Positions 48,850 to 61,631 of a stretch of DNA of 64,000 nt are shown here, piece after piece (within the stretch, counting starts at the first letter, position 1; each line of letters starts with the position of its first letter). The position numbers and the translations under genes are program-made. The DNA is from Macrostomum lignano. Lineage: Eukaryota. Under the pieces are notes generated by a model, which saw only the letters and a program-made list of their open reading frames with translations, was not told where the DNA came from and did not search any database. Where the stretch lies: assembly GCA_002269645.1 (NCBI GenBank), contig NIVC01000551.1:477287-541286 (forward strand), written 5' to 3'.

Positions 48850-49385
48850 TCTTCCCTTGACATTTCTGCCATTCCCCCAAGCCTAGACATCTCAGCAATC
48901 CCTCAAGACTTGACATCTCAGTAATTCCCCCAAGCCTACACATCTCAGCATTCAGCAATCCCCGTAAGACTTGAAGACTTGACATCTCAGTAATTCCCCC
49001 AAGCCTACACATCTCAGCATTCAGCAATCCCCGTAAGACTTGAAGACTTGACATCTCAGTAATTCCCCCAAGCCTACACATCTCAGCAGTCCCCCAAGAC
49101 TTGACATATCAGTAATTCCCCCAAGGCTACAAATCTCAGCATTCAGCAATCTCCCTAAGACTTGACATCTCAGTAATTCCCCCAAGCCTACACATCCTAG
49201 CAGTCCCCCAAGACTTGACATATCAGTAATTCCCCCAAGGCTACAAATCTCAGTAGTCCCCCAAGACTTGACATCTCAGTAATTCACTCTTGAGCCTTGA
49301 TGTCTCATAACATCTCAAAAATGCCCCACAAGCCTTGAAATCTCAGCAATTTTTCCCCACAAGACTTGACATCTCATAAATTCCC
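48850..49385. repeat. Composite minisatellite built on GACTTGACATCTCAG(T/C)AATTCCCCCAAG subunits
   Basis: Read directly; related units recur at 51535-51760 and 52280-52440. Confidence 0.85.
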
Positions 49386-49394
49386 TCTTAAAGA

Positions 49395-50095
49395 GCTGCT
49401 ATGGGATTATTGCAAAGCTGTTATGACATTATTGCAGAGCTGCTATGAGATTATTGCTATGAGATTATGGAAGAGCTGCTATGAAATTATTTGAGAGCTA
49501 CTATGAGATTATTTGAAAGCTACTATGAGATTATTAAAGAGCTGCTATGAGATTATTGAGGAGCTGCTATGAGATTATTGAAGAGCTTCTATGAGATTAT
49601 TGCAAAGCTGCATTGAGATTTTTGAAGAGCTGCTATAAGAATATTTCAAAGCTGCTATGAGATTATTGTAAAGCTGCTATCAGATTATTGCAAAGCTGCT
49701 ATCAGATTATTGCAAAGCTGCTATGAGATTATTGCTATGAGATTATGGAAGAGCTGCTATGAGATTTTTGCAAAGCTGCTATAAGAATATTGCAAAGCTG
49801 ATATGAGATTATTGCAAAGCGGCTGTGAGATTATTGAAGAACTGCTATGAGAATATTTCAAAGCTGCTATGGGATTATTTAAGAGCTGCTATGAGATTAT
49901 TGAAGCGCTGCTATGAGATTATTGAAGAGCTTTTATGAGATTATTGCAAAGCTGCTATGAGATTATTGAAGAGCTGTTATGAGATTGTTAAAAAGATGCT
50001 ATGAGATTATTGCAAAGCTGCTATGAGACTGTTTGAGAGCTGCTATGAGATTATTGGAGAGCTACTATGAGATTATTGAAGATCTGCTTTGAGAT
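49395..50095. repeat. 22-bp degenerate minisatellite (GAGCTGCTATGAGATTATTGAA), about 30 copies
   Basis: Period read directly. Confidence 0.9.
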
Positions 50096-50354
50096 TATTT
50101 TTATGAATTACATGACGCTTCTTGTTTTTAATCCGGCGCTTTTTAAAGTTTCTTTAGATTTCTTGACGTTAAAAAATTTAATAAAAATCTCTAGACTCTA
50201 AAATTTCGAACCCACGTCGCTGCATTTGCAGTTCAGTCTGTTCACATGTAAGCTAGCTCGCATCGTTATGGTAACATGAATTTTATAACTTATATATAAA
50301 TTTCAAACTTTTAATGCTCCAAGCATAGCAGTTATTACATAATCAATTTCTCGG

Positions 50355-50997
50355 GCAGTCTGTATCAGTTTCAATTAAAGTCAACATAGTTACGCAATCT
50401 AAATCTAGCTAGTCTCGTGCAATGCTTCCACGCAGAATTACAATTCAGCTGTGACGCAATCTATTTCAGTATTCAACCAGTCAGTTTTCTCTCTAGCATT
50501 CATACAATGCTTTTCACGTCGAAAGTTCTGCTTGACCTTTACAAAAAAGCATGTTTTTCGAATATTTAATGCCTTTAGCATCGAGCAATTTCTTAGCCAA
50601 GATGCATGTACCGAGACGCGAAAATTTCTGATCGAATGGTGCAAATTTGAAAAAAAAATCGGACAACGCGTTCACTTAAACGACGACAATACGGCTATTT
50701 TACATTAAGCCAATGGAAGAAATTTTCGCGTCTCGGTACATGCATCTTGCCTAAGAAATTGCTCGATGCTAAAGGCATTAAATATTCGAAAAACATGCTT
50801 TTTGTAAAGGTCAAGCAGAACTTTCGACTTGAAAAGCATTGTATGAGTGCTAGAGAAAAAACTGACTGGTTGAATGCTGATTCTGAAATAGATTGCGTCA
50901 CAGCTGAATTGTAACTCTGCGTGGAAGCATTGCACGAGACTAGCTAGATTTAGATTGTGAAACTATGTTGACTTTAATTGAAACTGATACAGACTGC
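50355..50997. mobile_element. Foldback element / long-TIR MITE: about 275-bp near-perfect inverted arms with an 88-bp spacer
   Basis: 50355-50629 is the reverse complement of 50718-50997 with few mismatches; a (TA)n run follows the right arm. Confidence 0.85.
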
Positions 50998-53267
50998 ATA
51001 TATATATATATACATATAGTTTTCATTTTTAGTATATCTGACTAGCCATTTAGCCCCCCGCTGGGGGGCTTTAAAATGACACCAGGTGGTCTTTATTTTG
51101 GCCCAACAGTAACCATTATTTTTCATTTCAATTAATCAAAAATTACTTTTCCTCATTTTGATAAAAATAAATTGCTATGAATCAAAACTTTCACCAGCAA
51201 AAAAGTTTCTTTCATTAGCCCAAAACCCTTTTTCAATCAGCAAATAGTGCTTATCCTTTCAAGCACAAACTCTTAGTGCATATCGTCATTGGCCTGGGCA
51301 TACTCTGGTCCGCAGCAGGAGCTCAATATGCCAATCCCTGACGGCCTTTGACCCCCTCTTTATTAGCCTAACTCAAAGAATCAAACCTTTAATAAATACG
51401 CTGGTATTTCCTACCAGCAGAATTCAGCATCACCTGTGTGTACTTTTTACTATCTGAATTAAATGAGCTACTTGAGCCGTACTACTTGACGATCTGACAA
51501 TCGCTCAACAACCTAACCCCCTCCCCCAACAATTCAGCCATCCCCCATGAGCCTTGATATCTCAACAATTCAGCCATCCTCATGAGCCTTGACATCTCAG
51601 CAAGTCCCCCAGTATGCCTTGACATCTCAGCAATTACCCCAGTAAGCCTTGACATCTGAGCAATTCCCATGAGCCTTGAAATCTCAGAAATTATCCCAAA
51701 AAAGCCATGAAATCTCATCAAATCAACCAATAAGCCTTGACATCTCAGCAATTCCTGAGATGTCTCCACAACAACCTGAAATTATCCCTTCCAATCCCAA
51801 AAAAACAGGCTTCAGTCATACTCTAGTGGCCTAGGATTGTCCCCACAGTAAACAATAATTTACTCAGAAGTCCACAGTAGTCCACAGTTACCTCCTCAGC
51901 AGTTTGCAGCTATACGCTCATAAGTCGGGAGCAAAGATAAAAGAGCAAAGAATATGGTCTGGAGGAACTCCGTCTGCACATCTCACATCTTTACATCTAT
52001 GATATGATCCTCCAGACGATATGATCTATATGTCTGGAGGAACTACCTTAGCAGTTTGTAGTTTGTCCCCTTTGCAGTCTGCAATGAACCTTTTGACAAT
52101 CTGCAGTTCTTCTGTCGGCCGGCTCCTCAGTCTCCTGCTTAGCAAACTGCAATGATATTTTCAACAATAAAAATTTGCTCACAATGTAGTACGGTTCACT
52201 AATCAATTTTCGATACATATCGGCAGTGTTTTGCACAAATCAGCATTAAGCAATACCTTCATTCCTAAATAGCAAGCATCCCCCAAAAGAAAGCAATCTC
52301 AGCAGTCCCCCCATAAGCCTTTGAAACCTCAATTCAAGCAATTCTTCCAGTAAGCCATGGCATATCAGCAATTCCCCATGGGCCTTGAAATCTCAGAAAT
52401 TGCCCCAAAAAGCCATGACATCTCAGCAATTCCTGAGATATGCCCACAACAACCTGAAATTATCCCTTCTAATCCCACAAAACAGACTGCAGTCATTATC
52501 TTAGCAGCCTGGAGTTATCCCCTTGCAGTCTATAACTTTCATTAACATTAAGCATTTATCCCCTCAGCAGCCTGGAACTGTCCCGTCAGCAAACCATAAT
52601 AATTCACTCAGCAGTCCACAGTAATCCCCTAAACAACCTGCACTTAATCACTTAAACTGTACAGTTTTGAAACTGATGTCTTCCTATCCTATCCTCTCTG
52701 AGAGTTGTCTTGCTCAGAAGTCTACCAATCCTCCAAGCAGCTCCCCTCAGCAGTTTTCAGCTATATGCTTAAAAGTCTGGAGGAACTACCTCAGCAGTTT
52801 TCAGTTTGTCCCCTTTGCAGTCTGCATGAATGACCTTTTCGCCAATCTGCAGTTCCCCTCAGCATCTGCAGTTCTCCTCTCGGCCGTCTCCTTAGTATCC
52901 TCAGCAAACTGAAAAATAAAGGATCCTTTCAAGAATCTTAATTTTTTCTCAGCATTTATTACGGTTCACTAATCAATTTTCGATACATATCGGCAGTTTT
53001 TTCACAATTCAGCCTTCATTTTAACAATAAATTTAGCAGCTTAGCAATTTGATACTTTCATGGAGCTAGGCAATACCCATTAATGCGATAAGTAATGCTC
53101 AAAGCACTTTTTTTACAAATCAAATTTGCTTAGTAAATTTGAATAATTTTGTATGGCAAATATTATTCATTAAGTGTGCGTTGCGAATTCAACAAAAATA
53201 TTCCTATTAGTTGAGCCCGAAGCTATAAATGAATAAATTAATTTAATTTTAATCCTCCGCCGAGGAG

Positions 53268-53331
53268 GCAGACTCGAACCTTGGACCTTACGCCTAGCCT
53301 AAACCTAGTCCTAGTGCCTACACTGCGGCTA
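53268..53331 (-). mobile_element. tRNA-derived SINE head or tRNA pseudogene
   Basis: The minus strand reads TAGCCGCAGTGTAG ... GGTTCGAGTC (A and B boxes); there is no intact cloverleaf. Confidence 0.35.
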
Positions 53332-55779
53332 TTCCGTCTACTGGGCGCAAAAATCAGCCATAAATGCTTCGGCACTGCAGTCAAATACATAGCAGTGATA
53401 GGCTGCTCAGTGTGCACAGGTTGTGCAGGCAGAGCCAATGCAAAATTGAGTGAAATCTATAAATAGCAATTGTCTATGCAGTCAGCCAGAGCAGAATGTA
53501 CACACGCCGCCACTGAGCATTATTTTCCTCTCCCTTGCTGCATCCAGTACTGAGGCCTACTACACAATGAAGAGAGAAAAGTTGTGGCGCAATCTTAATT
53601 GGAATTGCTATTCAGTTAGTCAAGATTTTGACCTTTTCTAGCCTCCAATTGAAAGCATTGGGAAAACTCGTTTTTCGAATATTTAACCATCTTCCCATTC
53701 GAATTTTTCAATACAATTAAATCCACACAATCTCACAAGAATTTGCAATTGAATAAAGCAAGTTAGAAAAAAATCGGTTCAGGCATTCAGGCTGTAGACA
53801 AACCTTAGAGATTTAGTCTATTGTGATTGGAAAGCAATTGCATTTGAAAAGCAACAGTTATAACAAGCCTATTTTAAACCTCGCGTCAGAGGGGGGCCGA
53901 TGTCAGGCATGCATGTAGTCTAAAATTTTGTTGAAGTAGATAAGGAGAGCTGCTTGTGAAAAAGTCTTTAAAATGTTAATTGTTCTCTCTATGCGTGCGT
54001 CACCAATTCTAACCCTATTGGTCTGGCAGCTGGCTTTCTAGACTTCTATATAGGAATTGAATTTTTGGCATGTAGATTTTGAGAGACCAGAGGAAGCCAT
54101 GCAGTCGTCACACGTACGTAAACTACGTACACTACGCGTATAGTTGTGTCCTGCAAGTTTTGAAAGAGTAAGTAGGTACGAGGACGTACCTAGTGTACTA
54201 GTGTATTAGTGTATTAGTGTACATTAGTGTACATTAGTGTATTAGTGTACATAGACGAAAGGAATTAAAGACCAGGTGTACATCAGGAAAAATAGCTGAC
54301 GTTTAGGACTAATACAGTAATACAGTTTCCAGGAAGGGCAGCTGCAGTGGCTATTGCCTTGTATATATTAGAATGGGAATAATAATAACTATAGTTACGT
54401 GGAACAAAAGGCTTGCATGTTCCAGCAATGCGCAGTCATATGTAGTACCATTTAAAATATCAATGCGATCGATGAATTGTAAACGCATTGAATTGTGTGC
54501 CACCTAGTGACAACTAATAATAAAATACGAATACTATAACTACAAGAATTATGTCTTTAAGACTGGGCCTGGGGTGGTTACTTTGAATATATAGAACCTT
54601 CCAAAAACTTCAGTCTAATAGGTTTAGTAGCTGGCATACAAACTCAGGTAAACCGAAGAAAGATTTCTTGTTTAACACAGTATCGTGACAAATTTCCTTA
54701 GTATATAATAATAAGCTACAGCAGGTAATTCAAAGAGGCCCTGCTCCTAGGCCCAAAATGCTCCTGTAGCTTAGCTATACACACAGCTTGTCATTATGAG
54801 TTGCTGCACAAGCTTCAACAAGAAAAGCTGCAGGGAGAACTGAACCTCTCTCAGTCTCCGCTCCATGCTAGCTCGTAACATACGTGTCGCTAGTCCTCGG
54901 AAAAAACTGCTGGGGACACGCTCTGCTGACTTTTGCTGAGAAAAAATTGTTCAATTGTTCAGATGCGTTGCCTTTGTTAACCATGAGCAGACGGATTGCC
55001 CGAATTCGGGTCATGGCTCAACACCCAAACCCAACGGGGAATTTTTTTTATATCTATGGCCAAAAGACCAGCAAAATTGGCACACCCGTTCTGGACTTAT
55101 GTGGCCCGAAACCGGGTCAAGTAGTGGCCAATAAGATAGTGAAAACGCACTTAGAAAATATAGACTGTAACAAAACAAAGTAATTTCAAATATTCATATA
55201 TTTTTCTTCTGTTTAAAAGTTAACGACTTAAGTTATACTAGAACATAGTGAAGTGGGGTCATTTCTTTACTGGTCAAAACTGGAGGGAAGCTGTCACAAT
55301 TGTCACGCTGTCACGTCATTTTCTGTGGAGTTGATTTTAGAAAGCTTTTAGAAAACTAGAAAGAAACGGATAATCTAAAAGCAAAAAGCATATAAATTTA
55401 TTATAACTCCAAATTAAGTACGGAATAATGTAATTTCTATCCACGATAATGCAACAAATATATTATTTTATTTCGAGGGGCGTTGGTGCTAGGACTGAGG
55501 TCTAGGAGCTGAGAGACCGGGTCCCTGGATTGATTGCGAATCCTCGCCATCTCTAACACTAACACTCCCTGCCGCCCCGTCTCTGCGCCTGCGGTTATCA
55601 CTGTGCGAATCCTATTGTAATTCCCTCACCTCTACCCCTGTGCTCATGACCCTACCCTCTTCTACTGTTTTCTGATTCCTACGTCCCATATTAGTAGTTT
55701 CTGTAACCAGGACAATTTCTGGACTATCTGTAACCAGGTGAAGTCGGATGTAGGTTGGCAGCTTGCAGTTCAGCTGGGA

Positions 55780-56240
55780 TACCGCGGTTTTCCGTACTAT
55801 CCCGGTTAGCAGTGTATCATGCTGCAGCAGCCAAGTAGCCAGCCGCTGAGACGTAAACCAACGGTCGGTGAAGACGTGGTGTCCAAGATACAGCAAACCG
55901 CGGCACAGTTCTGCAACAACCTTCGCACTCATCGTCAAGTCCTGACACCCGAGGCCTTCACCGAACTGATTATTGACCTCAGGGAATGTGTGGACGATGA
56001 AGTTCCATAAGTACGCACTCTCACTCTCACAGATACAAGACATTTTAATTCCATATTTACTTTTCTTTGTTGGAATGTACTGTTTAAAAGCAACTCTGCC
56101 CTTGTACAAAACGAGTGTCTCATCAACCGACAGTCGCTGCCGTGGCATGTAATTGCACAGATGCTTTACGCTGTGCAGAAAGGGCTCCATCTTTGCCAGA
56201 GGCCCATCTCCTAAAGCCTCAGCGCAGTTGTAAAAACGCA
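55780..56240 (-). mobile_element. piggyBac (PGBD4-like, DDE_Tnp_1_7) transposase fragment
   Basis: LSVDETLVLYKGRVAFKQYIPTKKSKYGIK..CESESAYLWNF, GHHVFTDRWFTS and LTGIVRK are typical piggyBac catalytic-core motifs. The fragment is truncated at both ends, and its N-terminal side is fused to a SINE. Confidence 0.88.
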
Positions 56241-56875
56241 GTGTCTCTTGCTCAAGGACACATATTGTTCCAGTAAAGTCGGGAATCGAGCCTCCGACCT
56301 TCAAGTCGTGAGTCGGACGCTCTAAAAGTTATTTAGTTTTTTATATTCATATTTTTTGTTTCAATCCGCATGCACATGTAACAATAACCTGCACGAATTC
56401 TTTAGAACCTTTTTCCCGAACCTAGGCATACACGCGATCCAGCTGGGATGACAGGATAAATCGTTATTTGGTGAGTGCTAATTTATTCTGTACTGTTTTT
56501 TCAGCAACCCGGATATGTAACAGGTAAAACTGACTAAATTTTGTCAAATGCCTGATGGGAAACATGGTCTGGAATGGATTCGCGGATTTTTTCCCTATTT
56601 GCGATCAGAAAATAACGGATGCTGGCTTCTCGGAGTCATTCCGCATTGACAGCGTCTGAATTCCTGTGCAATTATTATTCAGCTTCTCCCACCTCCGTAG
56701 CCGCCCACGGAATCGCCCAAAAGCGCTGTTTCCATGGCAACCAACAAAACAAAGAGACGCATCAAGCCGGTGCATAAAACACCTGAGCCCGAGGTGGGAG
56801 ACGGGCCAGAAGCAGGAGAGAAAAGTTTTGTCACTCAGCAACACAGCAATCGGCAACTTCAGCAAGCACAGCCTG

Positions 56876-58688
56876 ATGGGCCTCTCGGTGGCGACCTTAG
56901 TACTCCTGACTGCGGCACGGCTGACCGACGCTTCCACAGTCAGGGAGTTCAACTTCAACGCGTCTGATCGTCTGCCGTCGGGAATCGGCGGCCCCAACGA
57001 GTCCGCGGTCTCAGCCGTGGCGCTGAGTCCGGGCTCCATCAAGCTGGTGGGTCCGGTGGGGATGAACGCCAGCTGGCTGGGGAGTCTCCAGTGCGCGACC
57101 AAGTGCAGGGCGTGGGCTTTCTGCCACGCGTACTACTTCAATGCCAGTGCGGGCCTGTGCCACCTGGCTGACCAGGGACAGTTCGAGACCTACTGGACTG
57201 GCAACGGCACGGCTGGGAAAGCCGCCTTCGTCAAGCTGTACCACGGTGAGTGGGTCTTCTGTCACTCTGTACCACGGTGAGTGGGTCTTCTGTCACTCTG
57301 TACCACGGTGAGAGGGTCTTCTGTCACTCTGTACCACGGTGAGTGGGTCTTCTGTCACTCTGTACCACGGTGAGTGGGTCTTCTGTCACTCTGTACCACG
57401 GTGAGTGGATCTTCTGTCACTCTTTACCACGGTGAGTGGTTCTTCTGTCACTCTGTAACACATTGAGTGGGTCTTCTGTCACTCTGTACCAGGCTGAGTG
57501 AATCTTCTGTCACTCTTTACCACGGTGAGTGGTTCTTCTGTCACTCTGTAACACATTGAGTGGGTCTTCTGTCACTCTGTACCAGGCTGAGTGAATCTTC
57601 TGTCACTCTGTACCACGGCGAGTGGGTCTTCTGTCACTCTGTACCACGGTGAGTGGGTCTTTAATCGAGCAGTTTCCTGTATACTTTGATTCATGAAAGC
57701 ACACCGACTTCTCCTGCTCAGACATCTGCACCTGGCAGTCCTGGACCAACTGGGCCACCGCCTCTGGTGCGACCGGAGATTCCGACATCTGCAACGCGCT
57801 TGTGAATCGAACCCGCGTCCGCCAGTGCACCTGCCCCACTGACGAAGGGGCCTCCGTGAGCGGCTGGTGTCAGGGCGCGAAGGACAAAAGCCAGACGCAG
57901 GGCAGCTTCATCAGCTGGTGCCAGTGGTCTGAGTGGGCCACCGACTCGTCCGAAGGCAGCCTGGTCTGCGGGAACTGGAACAGCAGGCACCGGTCCAGGA
58001 GCTGCCGCTGCCCGATTGACAGGCCGCCTGAGACCATCGAGACGGCCGCGGTTGATAACATCACCCAGGTAAGCTTTAAGGTGTTGCTGGATTTAATTTT
58101 TATTTAAAAATGCAACAGGGCTACTTTCAGTAGGATAAAGCCAGTATTGTTAATTGTCCTTATTCCCCGAAGACTTGGAACTGGTGCAACTGGCAAGGCT
58201 GGAACGAGTGGACGAGTGACAAAGGCTATAGGAAGTCTTGGTACTACGCGAACAACTACGATCCCAGATGCAACAGGCAGTTCACTCGAAGGAGAGTCCG
58301 CAAATGCGGCTGCTCCACTCCAATCAGCGCGTCGGCTGGCCCGGAGGTGAGCAGCGAGTCGGACACTGCCTACACTGCCTGGTGTGACTGGGGCAACTGG
58401 GGCAACTGGTACAAGGACTGCAAATATAACTATAAAATTGTGCGAAGTAGGACTCGCACCTACAACGACTGTACCAGGAGCTCGTCAAACAGCTGTTCAC
58501 GAGAATGGTGGCAAAGAGAAGCCGGTCCCTCATGCGGCTGGAAAGACTGGAGCAGCTGGCAGTCTTGGCGGCATTGTCGTTCTGGGAAAGCCCAATTCGC
58601 CACATGCAGGTGCGAAGATGATGAAGCTTACAATACGGCCACTGTCACTGGCTACAGGTGTTATTCGTACCGCGACGATGATGACTAG
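56876..58688 (+). CDS. Secreted PAN/apple plus TSP1-repeat protein, copy B (about 410 aa). Exons 56876-57245, 57722-58068, 58173-58688
   Basis: Exons 1 and 2 have the same lengths (370, 347 nt) and phases as copy A, and the frame is intact. Confidence 0.85.
57238..57661. repeat. 31-bp donor-spanning minisatellite, copy B, about 13-14 units
   Basis: Same unit as 45781-46512. Confidence 0.95.
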
Positions 58689-60482
58689 TGGCTATACATT
58701 GAAATTTAAATTCTGATATCTGTCGTAGAAATACTTTCTCCCAGTGTATGATGATAGAAAGCGCCATACTTATCAATAATCATTTTATTTGCCTAAGACA
58801 GAGGTCGGCAAACTTTGGCCCGCGAAACCTCTGTATCCGGCCCTTAGGTCCTTTGAAACTTCACAATAGCAATCCAGCCCGCTCAAGGCTTGTGCCGCTT
58901 CTCAGCTCTCTTCTCTTTTCTCTACCCTCTTCTCTCTCCTCCCCTCTCTCCACTCTCTCCTCTCTTCTACTTTTATCTTCTTTCTTATCTTTTAACTCAA
59001 TTCATCTCTCGCCTCTCCTCTACTTCTCTCATCTCTAATCTTCTATTCCCTCTGCTTTCTTCTCTCATCTCGCCAGCAGTCGTGAGCTGGATTCTTTATC
59101 TGGCCACTGAGGTAAAAAAGTTTGCCTCAAAAACTCTTGTCTGCGATATGTTTAACAACCAAAAAAACGCTAATTTTTTTTTATAACACGGAACCTACTC
59201 TTTGATACAAGCCTAGATTGGTGATAAAACGTGACGTACTATATTTAAGCTGCCGTAATTTTTCAGCTCATATCTTCAACTCTAAACAGTGACTACTATT
59301 TATAATATTATTAGAACAGAACACCCTTTTGTTTTGAAACGTAGAGACTATTACAAAAGTTGTTATGGTTTGGTTAATATATTTCTTAATGTAGTATTTT
59401 AAATCGAGTTGGAATGAGTTTCCTAATGTGTGTGTTACAATAACGGCAACTGCACTGTGCCCAGAAGCATTCGAATAATTAAGTTTAAAAGTACAATGGC
59501 CACCAGGAGCAAACTAAGTGCAGATTTTGAATCTATTTGAAGTCAATACTAGTGGAAAATATTGTCTAGGAAGTAGGAATCCGGAACACATTCTCAGGAC
59601 AAGGCGCCTGGAATTTGTTCCTAGCACCTTCGTGACCTTTTGATCCTTGATGTAAACGTGTAAAATGATACTCAAAACTTACTAATAGATTACTTATTAC
59701 GAACTTAACTCCATACTTAACAAAATATTGAACTGCACCACAACTGAAGCACTGCAGAGTTAAGTGTCTTGCTCAAGGACACAAATTGTTCCAGTGGGAT
59801 CGGGAATCGAATCCCCGATCAAGCAGATATAGAATAAGGGCTTGAAGCAAAACACAATCTATGCAGTGAATAAATTGTAAAAACTCGATAATTCGAGCAA
59901 GTAATCCATGGTTTGGTTCAATATGCCTAGGTGCTACTGCAAAAGCAAGCATCCGTCCATTCTAGTAGTACACGAATAAAACGGCTTGACAATTTTTTTG
60001 AGTAGTTACTATTCTGCTTGCCTGCCGCTACTGGCTGAGGGAGGACTCTACAGCTGCTATACTGTCTGTTTTTTTTTAATTTTTCGACTGACGTTTACAT
60101 CCGTTATTTCTCTCTGACTCGAGCCAGCTCCAGCAGTCTCTAAAAATCCTTCATCTTGAAAAGAAAAAATCTAGCTAAATGACAACATGGCTATTTTTTT
60201 CATAAATCCAGGATGTAATAACTGCGTTTGTTATCCTTATTGTCCAAAGAGATACAAAGAGATACCAATAAGTAGATGCACAGTAAAGCAACGAATTTTT
60301 AACACAATCCTTCGTCTTGAGCAAAATCTGTGATACTTGAGGTTGAGAATTATTTTTTGAAGCTCATTCAATATTCACAAGGCTGGACGCTCTCAAGCAA
60401 CTATAAAAGAACAAAAAGCCTGACAAGTCCGCACTGCATACACAGCTATAGGCCCTATAGATCGCATGAGAAAACAAAGATA

Positions 60483-60992
60483 ATGAGACTGCTCTGCTTG
60501 TTGATTATCGCAGCCCTTGCCATCGCATTGTTTGCATCAACTGCAACCGCTAGAAGAAATGCTCGCAGAAGTGAATCTGCTGTTGCTAGGTGTCTACGGA
60601 GCTGCCCAACCAAGATAAAGTTCGTGTGCGCCTTCAAAGGGAGAATCGTTTACAGGAACGCGTGTCACGCCAGGTGTCACGGAAAGCGCTACCACCCGGG
60701 CCTCTGCAAGGTGCCATGGTATACTTGTCGATGCATAACGATGGTTAAAAAGCGGTGCATATACGGCATGAACTCGCGTAGTCCATGCTACTTTCACTGT
60801 CGGGGCAGCGTTCCGCGCTATGAGATGTACGATGGCAAATGCTGTCCAAGATGTTCGCTTCGGGTGAATGAGCCAGTCTGCGGATCGAGAAACCAAACGT
60901 ACAGGAACGGCTGCTTCGCCAGGTGCAATGGCGATTGGATTACAAAGCCTGGGATCTGCCGAGCCGAGGTTGGCATCCCGGTCAGGCGCTGA
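60483..60992 (+). CDS. Secreted three-domain Kazal-type protease inhibitor (169 aa, single coding exon)
   Basis: Signal peptide MRLLCLLIIAALAIALFA; CPTKIKFVC...YRNACHARC...GLC, a degenerate middle domain, and EPVCGSRNQTYRNGCFARC...GIC. Confidence 0.88.
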   Translation: MRLLCLLIIAALAIALFASTATARRNARRSESAVARCLRSCPTKIKFVCAFKGRIVYRNACHARCHGKRYHPGLCKVPWYTCRCITMVKKRCIYGMNSRSPCYFHCRGSVPRYEMYDGKCCPRCSLRVNEPVCGSRNQTYRNGCFARCNGDWITKPGICRAEVGIPVRR

Positions 60993-61631
60993 ATGATGAA
61001 AATCATCGCAGTGCAGTTCTTGACAAATTAGCCTGGACATACAAGATGTTCTTGCTTGTATAGATGCTGCCTTAAGTATACATGTAGAAGTATTTATACA
61101 GTTCAATTTGATTTTATTTCTAGAAATGAATTCCTACTAGCCTACCATATATTTTGTGTGTTTTTAAACCTTTTAGTTAAAATAGATTGTACTCGTAGAT
61201 ACTGCTACTTTCAGTAACCAAAGTTAGAACCGTGCGTAGTAAAACTCTATGTAGTATCTACTCAAGTAAAAAATAATCAGTCGACTTGTCCGCTTCTTTT
61301 TCCATAGAATACAGCTTCCAGGGTTTATTATCGAACACTGAAACAGTAAAACCTCTGACTAATTTTTGCTTTGATTACAAGCTGCAGATGTAGATCGGCA
61401 AACAATGTTTTCTAAATTACATGTATTCTTTGAAGACTGCATTGTATCATTCGGTTTTTGCTACGTAGCTACGTATAGACAATTACAGCTACAACATAAA
61501 ACAATAAGGATTTTTCTTTAAAGAAAACTTATATGAAAGTCGATAAACTTTAAAAATCATTACAGAAAATGAGACATTTGGCAGACTTTATATTTTAGAA
61601 AAGGTTAATGTCCCACTGATCGTTATACAGA

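Larger units (their letters stand above)
54010..59880 (+). repeat. Segmental duplication copy B
   Basis: Colinear with 44550-48830, plus about 1.75 kb of extra sequence at 54989-56733. Confidence 0.9.

Noticed and set aside
56734-56967. Out-of-frame uORF overlapping the copy B start codon
   Set aside because: An acceptor-like TTTTGTCACTCAG/CAACACAG lies about 30-40 nt upstream of the main ATG, so the upstream ATG is probably intronic or in an outron. This cannot be supported without a TSS.
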